64,000 bases of DNA, taken from the IMG/VR virus record IMGVR_UViG_2912838376_000002, positions 96,001-160,000 of that record; one strand, given 5' to 3'. Position 1 is the first letter of the stretch. The number at the start of each line of letters is the position of its first letter. The notes below the pieces were generated by a model that was given only the letters and a program-made list of their open reading frames with translations, ran no database searches and had not been told where the DNA came from. This stretch comes from a virus (lineage: Duplodnaviria; Caudoviricetes). The position numbers were made by a program, and so were the translations under genes. Below, piece by piece: positions 38,183 through 50,117 of the stretch.

Positions 38183-38759
38183 TAATTGTCTTTTTACAAA
38201 AAAGTTCTGGAATAAAATTAATATAAATGCCTATTACACAGGGGCTTCTTTTTCATTATTACAACATAGTTGCAGACTAACGAGGATAACTTTTACAGTT
38301 TATTTTAGAATCAATTACAAAATAGTCTTGGACTATCTGTTCATAAGTTGATATGCATTGTATTTCCTCGTCACTGTTTCATTTAGCACATTGAAAATTT
38401 TCTCTGCATTCTTTAATGTTAGCAACGTATTCTACTAATAAATGATATCTTTCTTTTGCAGAAGTTTAATATATGAACCTAACTGTGTTCTAACTTCATT
38501 ATTTTTTGGTTTCCTCTTCCAAAATTAAATCTTCTTTCTGATACTTTTTCTCCAAACTCTTCTTTTTCGAATATTTCTCTAAGGATAGAGAATATTCTTC
38601 TTGCCAGTCATTTTCATATTTGTTTTACCGACAAGTTGCAGCTCTATTCAAACTATTCAGGTTTGCTCGGATATGATTTAGATTTTTTATGCGTACAATA
38701 TATGTTCTTATGAAAAAACGGATACCTTATGAAAAGGTATCCGTTTTACTTCTTATTTT

Positions 38760-38930
38760 GATATAAATTACGCAATTCTGGTTTTATTGAAATACTAGTA
38801 CGCACCATTTTTGCTTATTGTTCTGCATCTTCCAAATTAGAAGCATGACCTAATTGTAATAACACCCCTATTGCAACTGTACCTGTCCAATTATGTCCAC
38901 TAGAACAATGGAAATGGCATCCACCACATT
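38760..38930 (-). pseudogene. Protein-tyrosine-phosphatase-like remnant
   Basis: FHCSSGHNWTGTVAIGVLLQLG...EQ*AKMVRTSISIKPELR; degenerate HCxxGxxR loop and internal stop. Confidence 0.55.
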
Positions 38931-38985
38931 GAGATTAGCCTCCAGGTTACTAGGAAAATCATTACTAATATAATTTACTAATTTA

Positions 38986-39975
38986 TCATGTGCTTGTTTT
39001 TTTATAGTTACTTTCCTTTTCTCGCAACAAAATATTTGGTACAACACGTATATAAATAAGCTCACTTATAAGTTCAACAATAGTTTGAGTAACAATTACA
39101 GCTGCTACTAGAGTGCTTATATCGGGCAATGCTAATCCTAAAGGAAGTACTACTAAAGAGTTTCGAGTAAAACTACTAAAAATAAGTGTTCTTCCTGATC
39201 CAACATCTAATTTAAATAATTTGGCAATATATTTAGCAATGATTGGCATAATTACCATGAATGCAATATATACAGGAATAACTTGAATAACCTGATCTAT
39301 AAATTCAGGAAGTTTTCCTATTTGGGATGCAACAACTACAAATAAAGTCCAAGCCATAAAAGGAACAGGTAACCAAGCCGATATGTTTAAAGCCTGTTCT
39401 CCTACTGGAGATTTCCGAGCTACTATTTGCACTAGTATAGCTATACCAAGAGGTAGAATAATAAGCCCAAGAAAAGCCTCAATAAAAGGACCTGGTTCCA
39501 CAATTTTTGCTGTGTCACTCCCCATAAATAACCATAAATAGAAAGGTAATAGTAACATTTGTACAATAAAGAGTATAGGTGTAGAAATTAAAATTAGTTT
39601 TTCATTTCCTTTACCTAAAGAAGTAAAGACAATCACATAATCAATACAGGGTGTCAATAATACTAAATAAACACCAATTAATAACGGTGGATTATCTGGT
39701 AAAAAGCTAGCTAGAATCCATACCACTATTGGAACCACTATAAAATTAGTAGTTAATAACGCACTAATAAATCTAGAATTTCCAAATGCATCTTTCAATG
39801 ACATAAATGGTATTTGTGAAAACATACTATACATCAATAAGGCGATAGCAAATGATATAGCGGATTCTAAACTACCTCCACTGTTTGGCCAGATAAACCC
39901 AAGTATAGCAGCTACTATTAGCACTATAAAATATAGAGACACTTGCTTTTCTTCAAGTTTTTCTCGTGTAATCAT
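38986..39975 (-). CDS. Acr3/BASS-family transporter (arsenic-resistance-like)
   Basis: About 10 TM segments, LLTPCIDYVIVFT, TRNSLVVLPL. Confidence 0.85.
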   Translation of the reverse strand: MITREKLEEKQVSLYFIVLIVAAILGFIWPNSGGSLESAISFAIALLMYSMFSQIPFMSLKDAFGNSRFISALLTTNFIVVPIVVWILASFLPDNPPLLIGVYLVLLTPCIDYVIVFTSLGKGNEKLILISTPILFIVQMLLLPFYLWLFMGSDTAKIVEPGPFIEAFLGLIILPLGIAILVQIVARKSPVGEQALNISAWLPVPFMAWTLFVVVASQIGKLPEFIDQVIQVIPVYIAFMVIMPIIAKYIAKLFKLDVGSGRTLIFSSFTRNSLVVLPLGLALPDISTLVAAVIVTQTIVELISELIYIRVVPNILLREKESNYKKTST

Positions 39976-40255
39976 AAAAAAATCTCCTTTATTTAATTCA
40001 TTTACCTCAATACGCATTTAAAGTAGTAATAACCTTTTCACTAACACAATGTACTGTTTGAGCTAAAACGAAAATTATGATAAAAATAGTAAGAATGGGA
40101 GTAGTATAAGTATACTAATTTCAAATTTTGAATTTCTCCTTAAACTAAAAAAGATATATGTGCACAACATCCTCTTACTTATGTAATGTACATTAAGATA
40201 CTCATATCCGCATTATGGATATTGACTCCGAATTTAGAAAGGAGGTCCCTTTAAA

Positions 40256-40804
40256 GTGAATAAGGAAGAATGGGAAGCGATTCAATCCAATAATAAAAAA
40301 TATGATGGATATTTTTACTATACTCTTTCTACGACTAAAACCGTCTGTCGTCCATCATGTACATCTAGAACCCCAAATCCAAAACATGTTTCTATTTATA
40401 AAAATCTAGATTTAGCAATTGCAGCAGGATTTAGACCTTGTATAAGATGTAAACCTGATTTAAAAAATTGGAAAGGCTATAAAGAAGAAGTATCAAAAGA
40501 AACTTTGCTATATATCCAAAAGAATTACAAAAGTAAATTTAGCTTAAAACAAATAGGGGATGCTTTAGAGAAAAACCCTTACTATATACATCGGAGTTTT
40601 AAAGCAATTAATGGTATTACCCCTCTGAAATACTTGCATACATTAAGAATCGAAGAAGCTAAAGGATTATTAAATAATAAGCACCTTCTTGTAACAGATA
40701 TTGCACTAGAGGTGGGGTATAATGACAGCACTCAATTTTCGGTGAAATTCAAGGAATTCACAGGATTATCACCCACTAGTTACAGGGATTCATTTGTTAA
40801 ATAA
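40256..40804 (+). CDS. adaA: AdaA-like protein (Ada Zn domain plus AraC HTH)
   Basis: CRPSCTSR, GFRPCIRCKP, IALEVGY..F. Confidence 0.85.
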   Translation: MNKEEWEAIQSNNKKYDGYFYYTLSTTKTVCRPSCTSRTPNPKHVSIYKNLDLAIAAGFRPCIRCKPDLKNWKGYKEEVSKETLLYIQKNYKSKFSLKQIGDALEKNPYYIHRSFKAINGITPLKYLHTLRIEEAKGLLNNKHLLVTDIALEVGYNDSTQFSVKFKEFTGLSPTSYRDSFVK

Positions 40805-40836
40805 TATGGGACAGATTACATAAGTTCTACATATTT

Positions 40837-40880
40837 AATAAGAGCCTTATTACATTTTATAATGTGATAAGGCTCTTATT
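40837..40880. terminator. Bidirectional terminator
   Basis: AATAAGAGCCTTAT/ATAAGGCTCTTATT between convergent genes. Confidence 0.75.
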
Positions 40881-40892
40881 TTTTAATACATT

Positions 40893-41828
40893 CTATTTCT
40901 GTAATCCATTAATAATTGTATCTGTATTCCATTTCATCATTTTCAAGTAAGTATCTCCATCCTCACCTGATTTACCAAGCGAGTCTGTAAAAATTGTACC
41001 AGCAATCGGTACATTTGTTTCTTTTGAAACAGTTTCCATGCTACGTCGATCTACACTTGTTTCAACAAATAAAGCCGGAACTTTGTTTGTTTGAATTAAA
41101 CTTACAACATCTCTAATTTGATCTGGCGTACCTTGATTCTCTGAGTTAATTTCCCAAATGTATCCCGTCTTAATGCCATATGCTTTTCCAAAATATTTAA
41201 ATGCACCTTCACTAGAGATTAAGAAACGCTTTTCTTCAGGGATTTGATGAATTCTATTCACTGTCTCATCATGCAACTTTTGAAGTTCGGCTACATACTT
41301 TTCGGCATTTTTAGTATAGAACTCTTTATTTTTAGGATCTTCTTTAATTAATGCCTTTTTCACATTTTCAGCGTATACAATACCATTTTTAATATTCATC
41401 CATGCATGTGGGTCTGGCTCTTTTTCTAATCCTTTTGTTTCTAAATAAATAGCTTCTACACCTTCACTTACTTTATAAACAGGTGCATCTTTCGCTGATT
41501 TATTTGCCGTTTTTAATAGCTTTTTAAACCACGCTCCACCTTCTTCTAGGTTTAGCCCATTGTAAAATACCATATCTGCATCTGTCATTTTCATAACATC
41601 TTTTGGTAGTGGATCATACTCATGCGGGTTAGCTCCGATTGGAACAAGACTATGAATCTCAACTTTATCTCCACCAATTTGCTTCACCATATCATATATA
41701 ATGGAGTATGTGGTTACAACTTTTAATTTTCCATTCCCCTCTTCTTTTCCATTTGTGTTACTCGAACACGCTGTTAATGCAAATACGAAAATACAAAGTA
41801 TCGATAATAAAACATTTTTAAATTTCAT
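40893..41828 (-). CDS. mntA: Mn/Zn ABC transporter substrate-binding lipoprotein
   Basis: LTAC lipobox, NPHEYDP, DPHAW, SEGAFKYF, FTDS. Confidence 0.92.
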   Translation of the reverse strand: MKFKNVLLSILCIFVFALTACSSNTNGKEEGNGKLKVVTTYSIIYDMVKQIGGDKVEIHSLVPIGANPHEYDPLPKDVMKMTDADMVFYNGLNLEEGGAWFKKLLKTANKSAKDAPVYKVSEGVEAIYLETKGLEKEPDPHAWMNIKNGIVYAENVKKALIKEDPKNKEFYTKNAEKYVAELQKLHDETVNRIHQIPEEKRFLISSEGAFKYFGKAYGIKTGYIWEINSENQGTPDQIRDVVSLIQTNKVPALFVETSVDRRSMETVSKETNVPIAGTIFTDSLGKSGEDGDTYLKMMKWNTDTIINGLQK

Positions 41829-41845
41829 CTTTATCCTCCAATCAA

Positions 41846-42712
41846 TTATGACAACTCTGCTCTATTTTTTCTAATTTTGATAGCTCGCCAAAACAAACCT
41901 TGTGACGGTGAGAAAAAGAATGCTAATGCGAACAAGAATGTTGCGACAAGAACAATTGTTGCACCTGAAGCAAGATTATAAGAGAAACTAAAATATAACC
42001 CTACTACAGATGAAAGCGCACCAATGCTTGCTGCTAAATAAATCATGACCCATAAACGGTTTGTTAATAAATACGCTGTAGCCGCTGGTGTAATAAGCAT
42101 CGCAACGACTAGAATAATTCCAACAGTTTGAAGTGAAGCTACTGTAACCATTGTAAGGAGAATCATTAAGCCATAATGAATCCATTTATTCGGTAATCCA
42201 TAGCTTTGCGCCATCGTTGGATCAAACGTGGATACGAGTAATTCTTTGTAAAACAACATTACAAGACCAATAATGACCACTCCAATAATCAATGTCATCC
42301 ACATATCAGAAGAACGAACCGATAAGACATTCCCGAATAAAATATGATACAAATCAGAACTACTCTTCATAAAGGTAATTAAAATAATCCCTACAGCGAA
42401 AACAGATGTAAACATAATTCCTATCGCCATATCATGTTTAATACGACTATTTTGACTTACAAATCCGATTCCTACTGCAGTAATAACACCTGTTAAAACC
42501 GCTCCTATAAAATAGTTCATTCCAATCATATAAGAAAGCGCTACTCCTGGAAGAACAGCATGCGAAATGGCATCTCCCATTAAAGCCATACCTCGTAAAA
42601 TAATAAAACAGCCAATTACGCCGCAAATAACTCCTACCATAACGGAAGTTAATAACGCTTTCTGCAGAAAACCGTACTGCATTAATGCATCTATAAATTC
42701 TACAATCTTCAT
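41846..42712 (-). CDS. mntC: Mn/Zn ABC transporter permease
   Basis: GDAISHAVLPG, ILFG, QTVGIILVVAMLITPA. Confidence 0.92.
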   Translation of the reverse strand: MKIVEFIDALMQYGFLQKALLTSVMVGVICGVIGCFIILRGMALMGDAISHAVLPGVALSYMIGMNYFIGAVLTGVITAVGIGFVSQNSRIKHDMAIGIMFTSVFAVGIILITFMKSSSDLYHILFGNVLSVRSSDMWMTLIIGVVIIGLVMLFYKELLVSTFDPTMAQSYGLPNKWIHYGLMILLTMVTVASLQTVGIILVVAMLITPAATAYLLTNRLWVMIYLAASIGALSSVVGLYFSFSYNLASGATIVLVATFLFALAFFFSPSQGLFWRAIKIRKNRAELS

Positions 42713-43458
42713 GATGAATGTACCTCCGCTGCATTATTAAACAATATGCCGTGATTTACATACGCTTTTGACATAACAGTTGGTTCTAATACTTGCCTTA
42801 CTTCTCCGTAATGAATTAAGCTCTTATTCAATAATAGTAATTTATCAAAATAGGACTCCGCTTTACTTAAATCATGATGTACAACAACAATTGTTTTCCC
42901 TTCTTTACGTAATTCTCTAAGAATTTTAATAATTGTCTCTTCACTCGTTACATCAATTCCAACAAACGGTTCATCTAAGAAAAATATCTCCGCCTTTTGT
43001 GCTAATGCTCTCGCTAAAAAAACACGTTGTTGTTGTCCACCTGACAACTCACCGATTTGGCGATTTTTAAACTCTTCCATTCTGACTTTTTTTAGACATT
43101 CAAATGCCCAATCCCGATGTTCTTTCTTTGGTCTTTTCATCATTCCTAAAGATGGATACGTTCCGATTAGTACCACATCTAAAACTGTAATCGGGAAATC
43201 CCAATCTATATCACTTCTTTGCGGTACATATGCAACACGCTTTCTAACGCTTCGAATATCCTCACCAAGAATTCGTACATATCCCTTATCATTTGGGATT
43301 AAATCTAAAATAGCTTTCATTAAAGTAGATTTCCCTGCTCCATTTGGGCCAATAATTCCAACTAGCTTTCCCTTTTCAATCTCAAAAGAAACATTTTGAA
43401 CCACTTGATTCCCTTGATATGATATAAATAAATCTTTGACAACTATAGCCTCAACCAT
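42709..43458 (-). CDS. mntB: Mn/Zn ABC transporter ATPase
   Basis: GPNGAGKST, LSGGQQQR, LDEPF, VHHDL. Confidence 0.92.
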   Translation of the reverse strand: MVEAIVVKDLFISYQGNQVVQNVSFEIEKGKLVGIIGPNGAGKSTLMKAILDLIPNDKGYVRILGEDIRSVRKRVAYVPQRSDIDWDFPITVLDVVLIGTYPSLGMMKRPKKEHRDWAFECLKKVRMEEFKNRQIGELSGGQQQRVFLARALAQKAEIFFLDEPFVGIDVTSEETIIKILRELRKEGKTIVVVHHDLSKAESYFDKLLLLNKSLIHYGEVRQVLEPTVMSKAYVNHGILFNNAAEVHSS

Positions 43459-43498
43459 TTTTTATGCATTCCCCTTTCTTTTTTTCGTTTATATAATT

Positions 43499-43600
43499 AT
43501 TTTGCACAAAGGCAACTTTTTAACAAAAAAATATATGTTGTATCACATTATACATATAATGTAAATTCTATTCCATATCCAAGTTTCCCTAGTGAAACTT
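43499..43600. promoter_or_regulatory. Two MntR-box-like palindromes
   Basis: TTTGCACAAAGGCAACT (about 43501) and AAGTTTCCCTAGTGAAACTT (43581-43600) upstream of the mnt operon. Confidence 0.6.
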
Positions 43601-43804
43601 TTTTATATGAGTCAAATTATATAAGCTCGGTGAAAATTTGTAAACTGATTTTAACTATTTTATGAACATATTGTGAAAACTTATCCCTCAAGAATAAAAA
43701 ATATCATACTTTTCTTAAATTATTTCGACACATATATTAGCCAATTCTATTAGTAATAAATAATAAACATATTATTTATTACTAATAGAATTGAGAGCAT
43801 ACAA

Positions 43805-44164
43805 TTGTGCAACCCAAATGATTTAGATGTGAAAGCCAAGTTTATGCGTGGCTTTGCTGATAAAACAAGATTACAAATTCTTAAATGTATGATGGATGGT
43901 GAAAAAACAGTATCTGAAATTGTAGAAATCATTCAAGGAAATCAGTCGAATATATCCCAACATCTAAACTGCTTAAAAGGATGTGGCATCATTCTTGGTA
44001 GACAAAAAGGAAAATATGTCTACTATTCCTTACGCAATACGCAAATCGAACAGTTACTCACAATGTTCGATATTGTTTTTCATAAAGTACAAAACAAAGT
44101 AGCAGCATGTGATAAAAACGATGCTTGTTTATCTCAAAAAGGAGAGGACTGTCCTGACAGATAA
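43805..44164 (+). CDS. ArsR/SmtB-family metal-responsive repressor
   Basis: ADKTRLQIL, VSEIV, QSNISQHL, GKYVYYSL. Confidence 0.9.
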   Translation: MCNPNDLDVKAKFMRGFADKTRLQILKCMMDGEKTVSEIVEIIQGNQSNISQHLNCLKGCGIILGRQKGKYVYYSLRNTQIEQLLTMFDIVFHKVQNKVAACDKNDACLSQKGEDCPDR

Positions 44165-44450
44165 GAAAGAGAATAAAAAACAAACAAATTGCTGTCAGGA
44201 TTCCACTTTAATACTTAAAAAAGAAGAGTTAACAAAAGAGATTTCTTGTTGTAGCAGTGAAAACGAAACAGTACAAGAAGAAATAACTAAAGAAACTTTG
44301 GCATGTTGTTCCTCTAAAAAAGAAATTCCTATTATCTCAGGTATTAAGGAAACCTCTTGTTGCAGTGGTAACAACGATTCTATAACAAAACGTTACTCCA
44401 ACACCTATACTGAATTCTTAATAGATGTACTAATATTTATTAATAACTAA
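44154..44450 (+). pseudogene. Cys-Cys-repeat N-terminal fragment, probably of a heavy-metal P1B ATPase
   Basis: Four CC motifs directly after arsR, then an early stop; no ATPase body. Confidence 0.55.
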
Positions 44451-44498
44451 AAGCTCCTAACATATTAGTCATATATAACATGTTAAGAGCTTTTAGTT
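44445..44498. terminator. Terminator-like hairpin
   Basis: AACTAAAAGCTC...GAGCTTTTAGTT. Confidence 0.6.
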
Positions 44499-44550
44499 TA
44501 AATGTACCACTTTGTTTTGTATTGTACTATTTTCTTTTAAGTTCACAGCG

Positions 44551-45306
44551 TTAGTCTACAACTTTGTTGTAATTATACACTAATTCAACTATTTCTTCAT
44601 GCCTAAATGGTTGTTTGCTACTAATTAGCAAGTCATCAGCATACCTAGTGTAAATAAAGGATTCCCCACTTCTTTTTGCCAATGCGTTGTTGATTTGAGT
44701 ATCTATACTAATCATCAACCAATTTGTAAGTATCGGAGAAAGCGGAGTTCCTTGCGGTAATTCATTTTCATGACAGGCTAAACCACATAAACTACTAATA
44801 AAACTCTTATAATCTGTTTCAGTCATTAAGCTGAATGGATACAGCTTTTTTAATTGGATAGTAATAACTTGTTCAGAACAATTGTTAAAGAATTTCTCTA
44901 AATCCATTTTGAGAAACCAATTTGATTTATTCCGTTGGTGACATTGTATTGCTTTTAAACAGTCACGGTTTGGGATGTATGCATAAGCTGAATCATGTGG
45001 TACTATACCAATGCTTTCTAAATCAAATTTAATTTCTCTCATAAAAGATTTGAGTTTTTCTTCTGGTGCTTTAATTGTTCTAAATCCACCAGTCATTTTA
45101 GGTAGATTAAAAATCGAATACTTAATAGCCGACTGATTATTGGTTAACCAGTCTTTTATTTTCTTTGTTAGTCCGAGTATTTGTTTATTTATTGCTTCGA
45201 ACTCACGGTACTGCTCAATTGTTATTTCTTCGGATTTTAATTTGGTAGTACTAAAACGCTGATACTTTGAATCATTTTGATTCTTTGTGTTGTGTGTATA
45301 GTACAT
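44551..45306 (-). pseudogene. 5' part of split retron-type reverse transcriptase
   Basis: PKMTGGFRTIKAP, HDSAYAY, LKMDLEKFF, LPQGTPLSP, YTRYADDL; stops 8 codons after the junction; start MYYT at 45306. Confidence 0.9.
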
Positions 45307-45335
45307 ATCAATACCCTTTCTTTTTTTATCTTCTT

Positions 45336-45593
45336 GTTTAATAGTTCTTCGAAAGCATGTTCGTATATTTGACGAAGTATAGTGCAGTTCTCTGGATCTA
45401 ACTCCAGCTCCTGGAGCTGAGATGTTGCGCAGCCTCATCCGGGGCACCTGAAGCTCCCCCGGAGATGGGTGCAGCGCCAGCTGTTACTGGCCGTCTGGGT
45501 CCAGATGCACATTTCTCTCTCTAAAAGTGTGTTTCTCTTGCTCATTTGCTAAGAGATTTTAATTTGTCAGATTAAAATTTACAACTATTAAAC
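45336..45593 (-). ncRNA. Retron msr-msd RNA
   Basis: 11-bp a1/a2 inverted repeat 45336-45346/45583-45593, G right after the 5' arm, two msr-like hairpins, GC-rich branched msd; directly upstream of RT. Confidence 0.8.
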
Positions 45594-45696
45594 TTAATCC
45601 TAAAACGCTTTAGCTAATACAATCTTTTAAAAGTGTTTTGTCAATTAGTATTTTATGGACAACAAAAAAAAAGTAGGGGCGTTAGCCCCTACTAAA

Positions 45697-47703
<2,007 letters not shown>

Positions 47704-47721
47704 TTATATAGCCTGCTGCTT

Positions 47722-48921
47722 TTAGTGAGCCTTGAAATTGTACAGTGGTTTAATAATCTCTGCAATCTCTAATGAGTCTTTCGTATGCTCAACGATTTCA
47801 GCCATAGGTTTATATGCCATAGGGCTTTCATCTACTGTTGATTGTACTACAGATGTAGTCCATACATCCTTCATTGTTTCCTTGTATTCTTCAAGAGACA
47901 CCAACTCTTTTGCTTTGCTTCGAGACATTAATCTCCCTGCTCCGTGTGGGCCTGAAAAATTCCAATCAGGATTTCCTTTACCATAAGCTATAATACTACC
48001 ATCACGCATATTTAAAGGAATAATAACGCGCTCTCCTGCTTGAGCAGAAATAGCACCTTTGCGTAGAATCATATTATCCATATCAATGTAATTGTGAATA
48101 GTCGTAAACGAGTCTGCAACTTTCCAGTTCATTCTCGTAACAATTTCATTAACCATTGCTTTACGGTTTAACAAAGCATAATGTTGGGCAATTTTCATAT
48201 CGTTCATATAATCTTTAAATCCTTGACCTTCTAAGTAGGCAAGATCCTTTTGGATTTTTGGTTTCTTCACCATACTTAACGCCTCTTGGATTTCGGATTG
48301 GCGGCCGGCTGCTATTAATTCAGCAATAATACGGTCTTTCTCATCCTTAACATTTATTAACTCATCATAAGCCCGATTTTGATAATGTTCTGCAATTTGT
48401 TTACCTAGATTACGAGAACCAGAATGAATAACAAGTACAACTTTATCATCTAATTCGTTCAATTCAACGAAATGATTACCTCCCCCAAGAGTACCAATTG
48501 AATCTTTAGCACGATCTAATTTAAAGGGTGCTCTTACGTCACGAAAGTTCACTTGTTTTGAAAGTGGATGGCGTTGACTACTAGAACGAACATTGAAACC
48601 GCTCGGTACGTACTTGCGAATAATTTCGTCTAACTGGTCAAAATTAATTTCTGTTTTGTTTTTATCAATAATTGCAACTTCCATCCCACACCCGATGTCA
48701 ACTCCGACAAGATTTGGGACAATTTTATCAGTGATTGTCATTGTGGTACCAATTGTACAACCTGCTCCTGCATGAGTATCGGGCATAATGCGGATATTAC
48801 TACCCTCAGCAAAAGGCTGGTTACATAATTCAATAATCTGACCCATAGCTGTATCTTCTACGTTGTCTGTGAAAACTTTAGCGCTGTTATATTTACCTCT
48901 TAGTTCTAACATTGTATTCAC
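47722..48921 (-). CDS. rtcB: RNA ligase RtcB
   Basis: MPDTHAG, GVDIGCG, GGGNHFVE, HSGSR, HNY, HGAGR, DESPMAYK. Confidence 0.95.
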   Translation of the reverse strand: MNTMLELRGKYNSAKVFTDNVEDTAMGQIIELCNQPFAEGSNIRIMPDTHAGAGCTIGTTMTITDKIVPNLVGVDIGCGMEVAIIDKNKTEINFDQLDEIIRKYVPSGFNVRSSSQRHPLSKQVNFRDVRAPFKLDRAKDSIGTLGGGNHFVELNELDDKVVLVIHSGSRNLGKQIAEHYQNRAYDELINVKDEKDRIIAELIAAGRQSEIQEALSMVKKPKIQKDLAYLEGQGFKDYMNDMKIAQHYALLNRKAMVNEIVTRMNWKVADSFTTIHNYIDMDNMILRKGAISAQAGERVIIPLNMRDGSIIAYGKGNPDWNFSGPHGAGRLMSRSKAKELVSLEEYKETMKDVWTTSVVQSTVDESPMAYKPMAEIVEHTKDSLEIAEIIKPLYNFKAH

Positions 48922-48939
48922 TCCCCTTTTTTGTACTAA

Positions 48940-49179
48940 TTATTTCTGTGGGCAATATGGTTTTCCTTCTTGATTCAAAACTGGGGCAATTACTTTAGCA
49001 TAAGCTTCGCCTGTTTGCATATATTGACATCCAGTTTCTTTATCTTTAAAAATAGTTATATCACCACTAACTCTATCCTCACCAATTACTTCTAACCTAC
49101 CTAGTGAAGCACCTGCTGAACTTTCACATGCTCCTAATAGCATAACTCCAAGTAATACAATACCAATTGATTTTTTCAT
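48940..49179 (-). CDS. Small lipoprotein
   Basis: LGAC lipobox, DKETGCQY motif. Confidence 0.75.
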   Translation of the reverse strand: MKKSIGIVLLGVMLLGACESSAGASLGRLEVIGEDRVSGDITIFKDKETGCQYMQTGEAYAKVIAPVLNQEGKPYCPQK

Positions 49180-49228
49180 AGATATTCTCCTTATGAAAAT
49201 AAAAGCGGTTTTTACGCCGCTTTATTCT

Positions 49229-49885
49229 TTAGATATTTACAGAAAGTGCTTTTACTACGTCACTAACAAATGCCGGATCAAAACCTGGTTTCACTTCAAT
49301 AGAAGCTTCACCAATTTTAATGCGTAAGAAATCATCTTTATCTGTGTTGATATTATCTTGTTTGTTTGTTGACTTCTTAATAGGTTCTCCCGCTGAATTT
49401 AATAACGGTAAAACTAACTGAGTAGTTTTCACTTCTTGTGTTTTTGCTGCAGCTTTACCACGAATTAGGTCAGCCACTGTTTCTTCTACTGTTTTATCTA
49501 CAGATCTAGCACCGTGTACTTCTCGTAAAAGTGCGATGTCTTGAATAAAGTAGATACGGTGTTTGTATTTATTTCTACCGAATTTGTGCCCATACTTTTC
49601 TAAAAGAACAGAGTATCGACATAAAGTTCTATTCGAAATATTAAGCAGCTGAGTAACATCTTTCGCGAAATACTGCTTATCTGTTACCTCTTTCTTTTTA
49701 GCTTGTGCTACTCGGTAACTTTTAGTACCAGTATCTTCAATCCCAAGTTTCTTCATCCAATAAACAAGATTAGATTCGTGGAAGTCCTTACCATTGCAAA
49801 AATGATACTTACTTTCCCCGCTAGCTAAATATTCCGCAATTCTTTTCTTCCATAACCTTGTTTTGTTTCTAACTACTTTCGCCAT
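49229..49885 (-). CDS. IS66 TnpA-like protein with internal MerR-like HTH
   Basis: WKKRIAEYLASGES..FC..LVYWMKKL; KDVTQLLNISNRTLCRY; IKIGEASIEVKPGFDPAFVSDVVKAL. Confidence 0.6.
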   Translation of the reverse strand: MAKVVRNKTRLWKKRIAEYLASGESKYHFCNGKDFHESNLVYWMKKLGIEDTGTKSYRVAQAKKKEVTDKQYFAKDVTQLLNISNRTLCRYSVLLEKYGHKFGRNKYKHRIYFIQDIALLREVHGARSVDKTVEETVADLIRGKAAAKTQEVKTTQLVLPLLNSAGEPIKKSTNKQDNINTDKDDFLRIKIGEASIEVKPGFDPAFVSDVVKALSVNI

Positions 49886-49938
49886 TACATATCTCCTCGT
49901 GTATTAGTAAGCAGAAGCGGATTTTACTCCGCTCTTAT

Positions 49939-50115
49939 TTAATTTGAATTTCTAATAAGTTTAACAGTGATATCAAGTAGGACAGCTGAAAAGAACACAA
50001 TGCTCAAGGAAAGAACTAGTTTAGTTATTTCAGTTGGTTTCTCTGTATAACATATTGCTTCTATAACGAGTACTAAAGCCCAAACTAGAAGCAATTTCTT
50101 TTCTTTTTTGAGCAT
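49939..50115 (-). CDS. 58-aa membrane protein
   Basis: MLKKEKKLLLVWALVLVIEA...; two hydrophobic segments; starts just after the dnaE stop. Confidence 0.45.
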   Translation of the reverse strand: MLKKEKKLLLVWALVLVIEAICYTEKPTEITKLVLSLSIVFFSAVLLDITVKLIRNSN

Positions 50116-50117
50116 AT

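Larger units (their letters stand above)
38181..44585. mobile_element. 6.4-kb cargo island inserted in RT gene
   Basis: ACTAATT direct repeats at 38181-38187 and 44579-44585; 23/25-bp inverted repeats at 38258-38282 and 44549-44573; mixed-strand cargo; no recognisable recombinase. Confidence 0.8.

Noticed and set aside
38300-38640. Recombinase or transposase remnant of the island
   Set aside because: Coding-like fragments with several stops but no recognisable catalytic motif
45350-45363. LexA-box-like CGAAAGCATGTTCG
   Set aside because: Mismatch in the GAAC half-site and located inside msd, not at a promoter; probably chance
44551-45447. 298-aa RT ORF with N-terminal extension, as a complete gene
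   Set aside because: The first 47 codons run through the msd RNA; the RBS supports ATG 45306; the C-terminus lies at 37844-38182
44551-45593. Group II intron or DGR
   Set aside because: No intron domain V or maturase X domain, no TR/VR pair; a1/a2 repeats and RT motifs fit a retron
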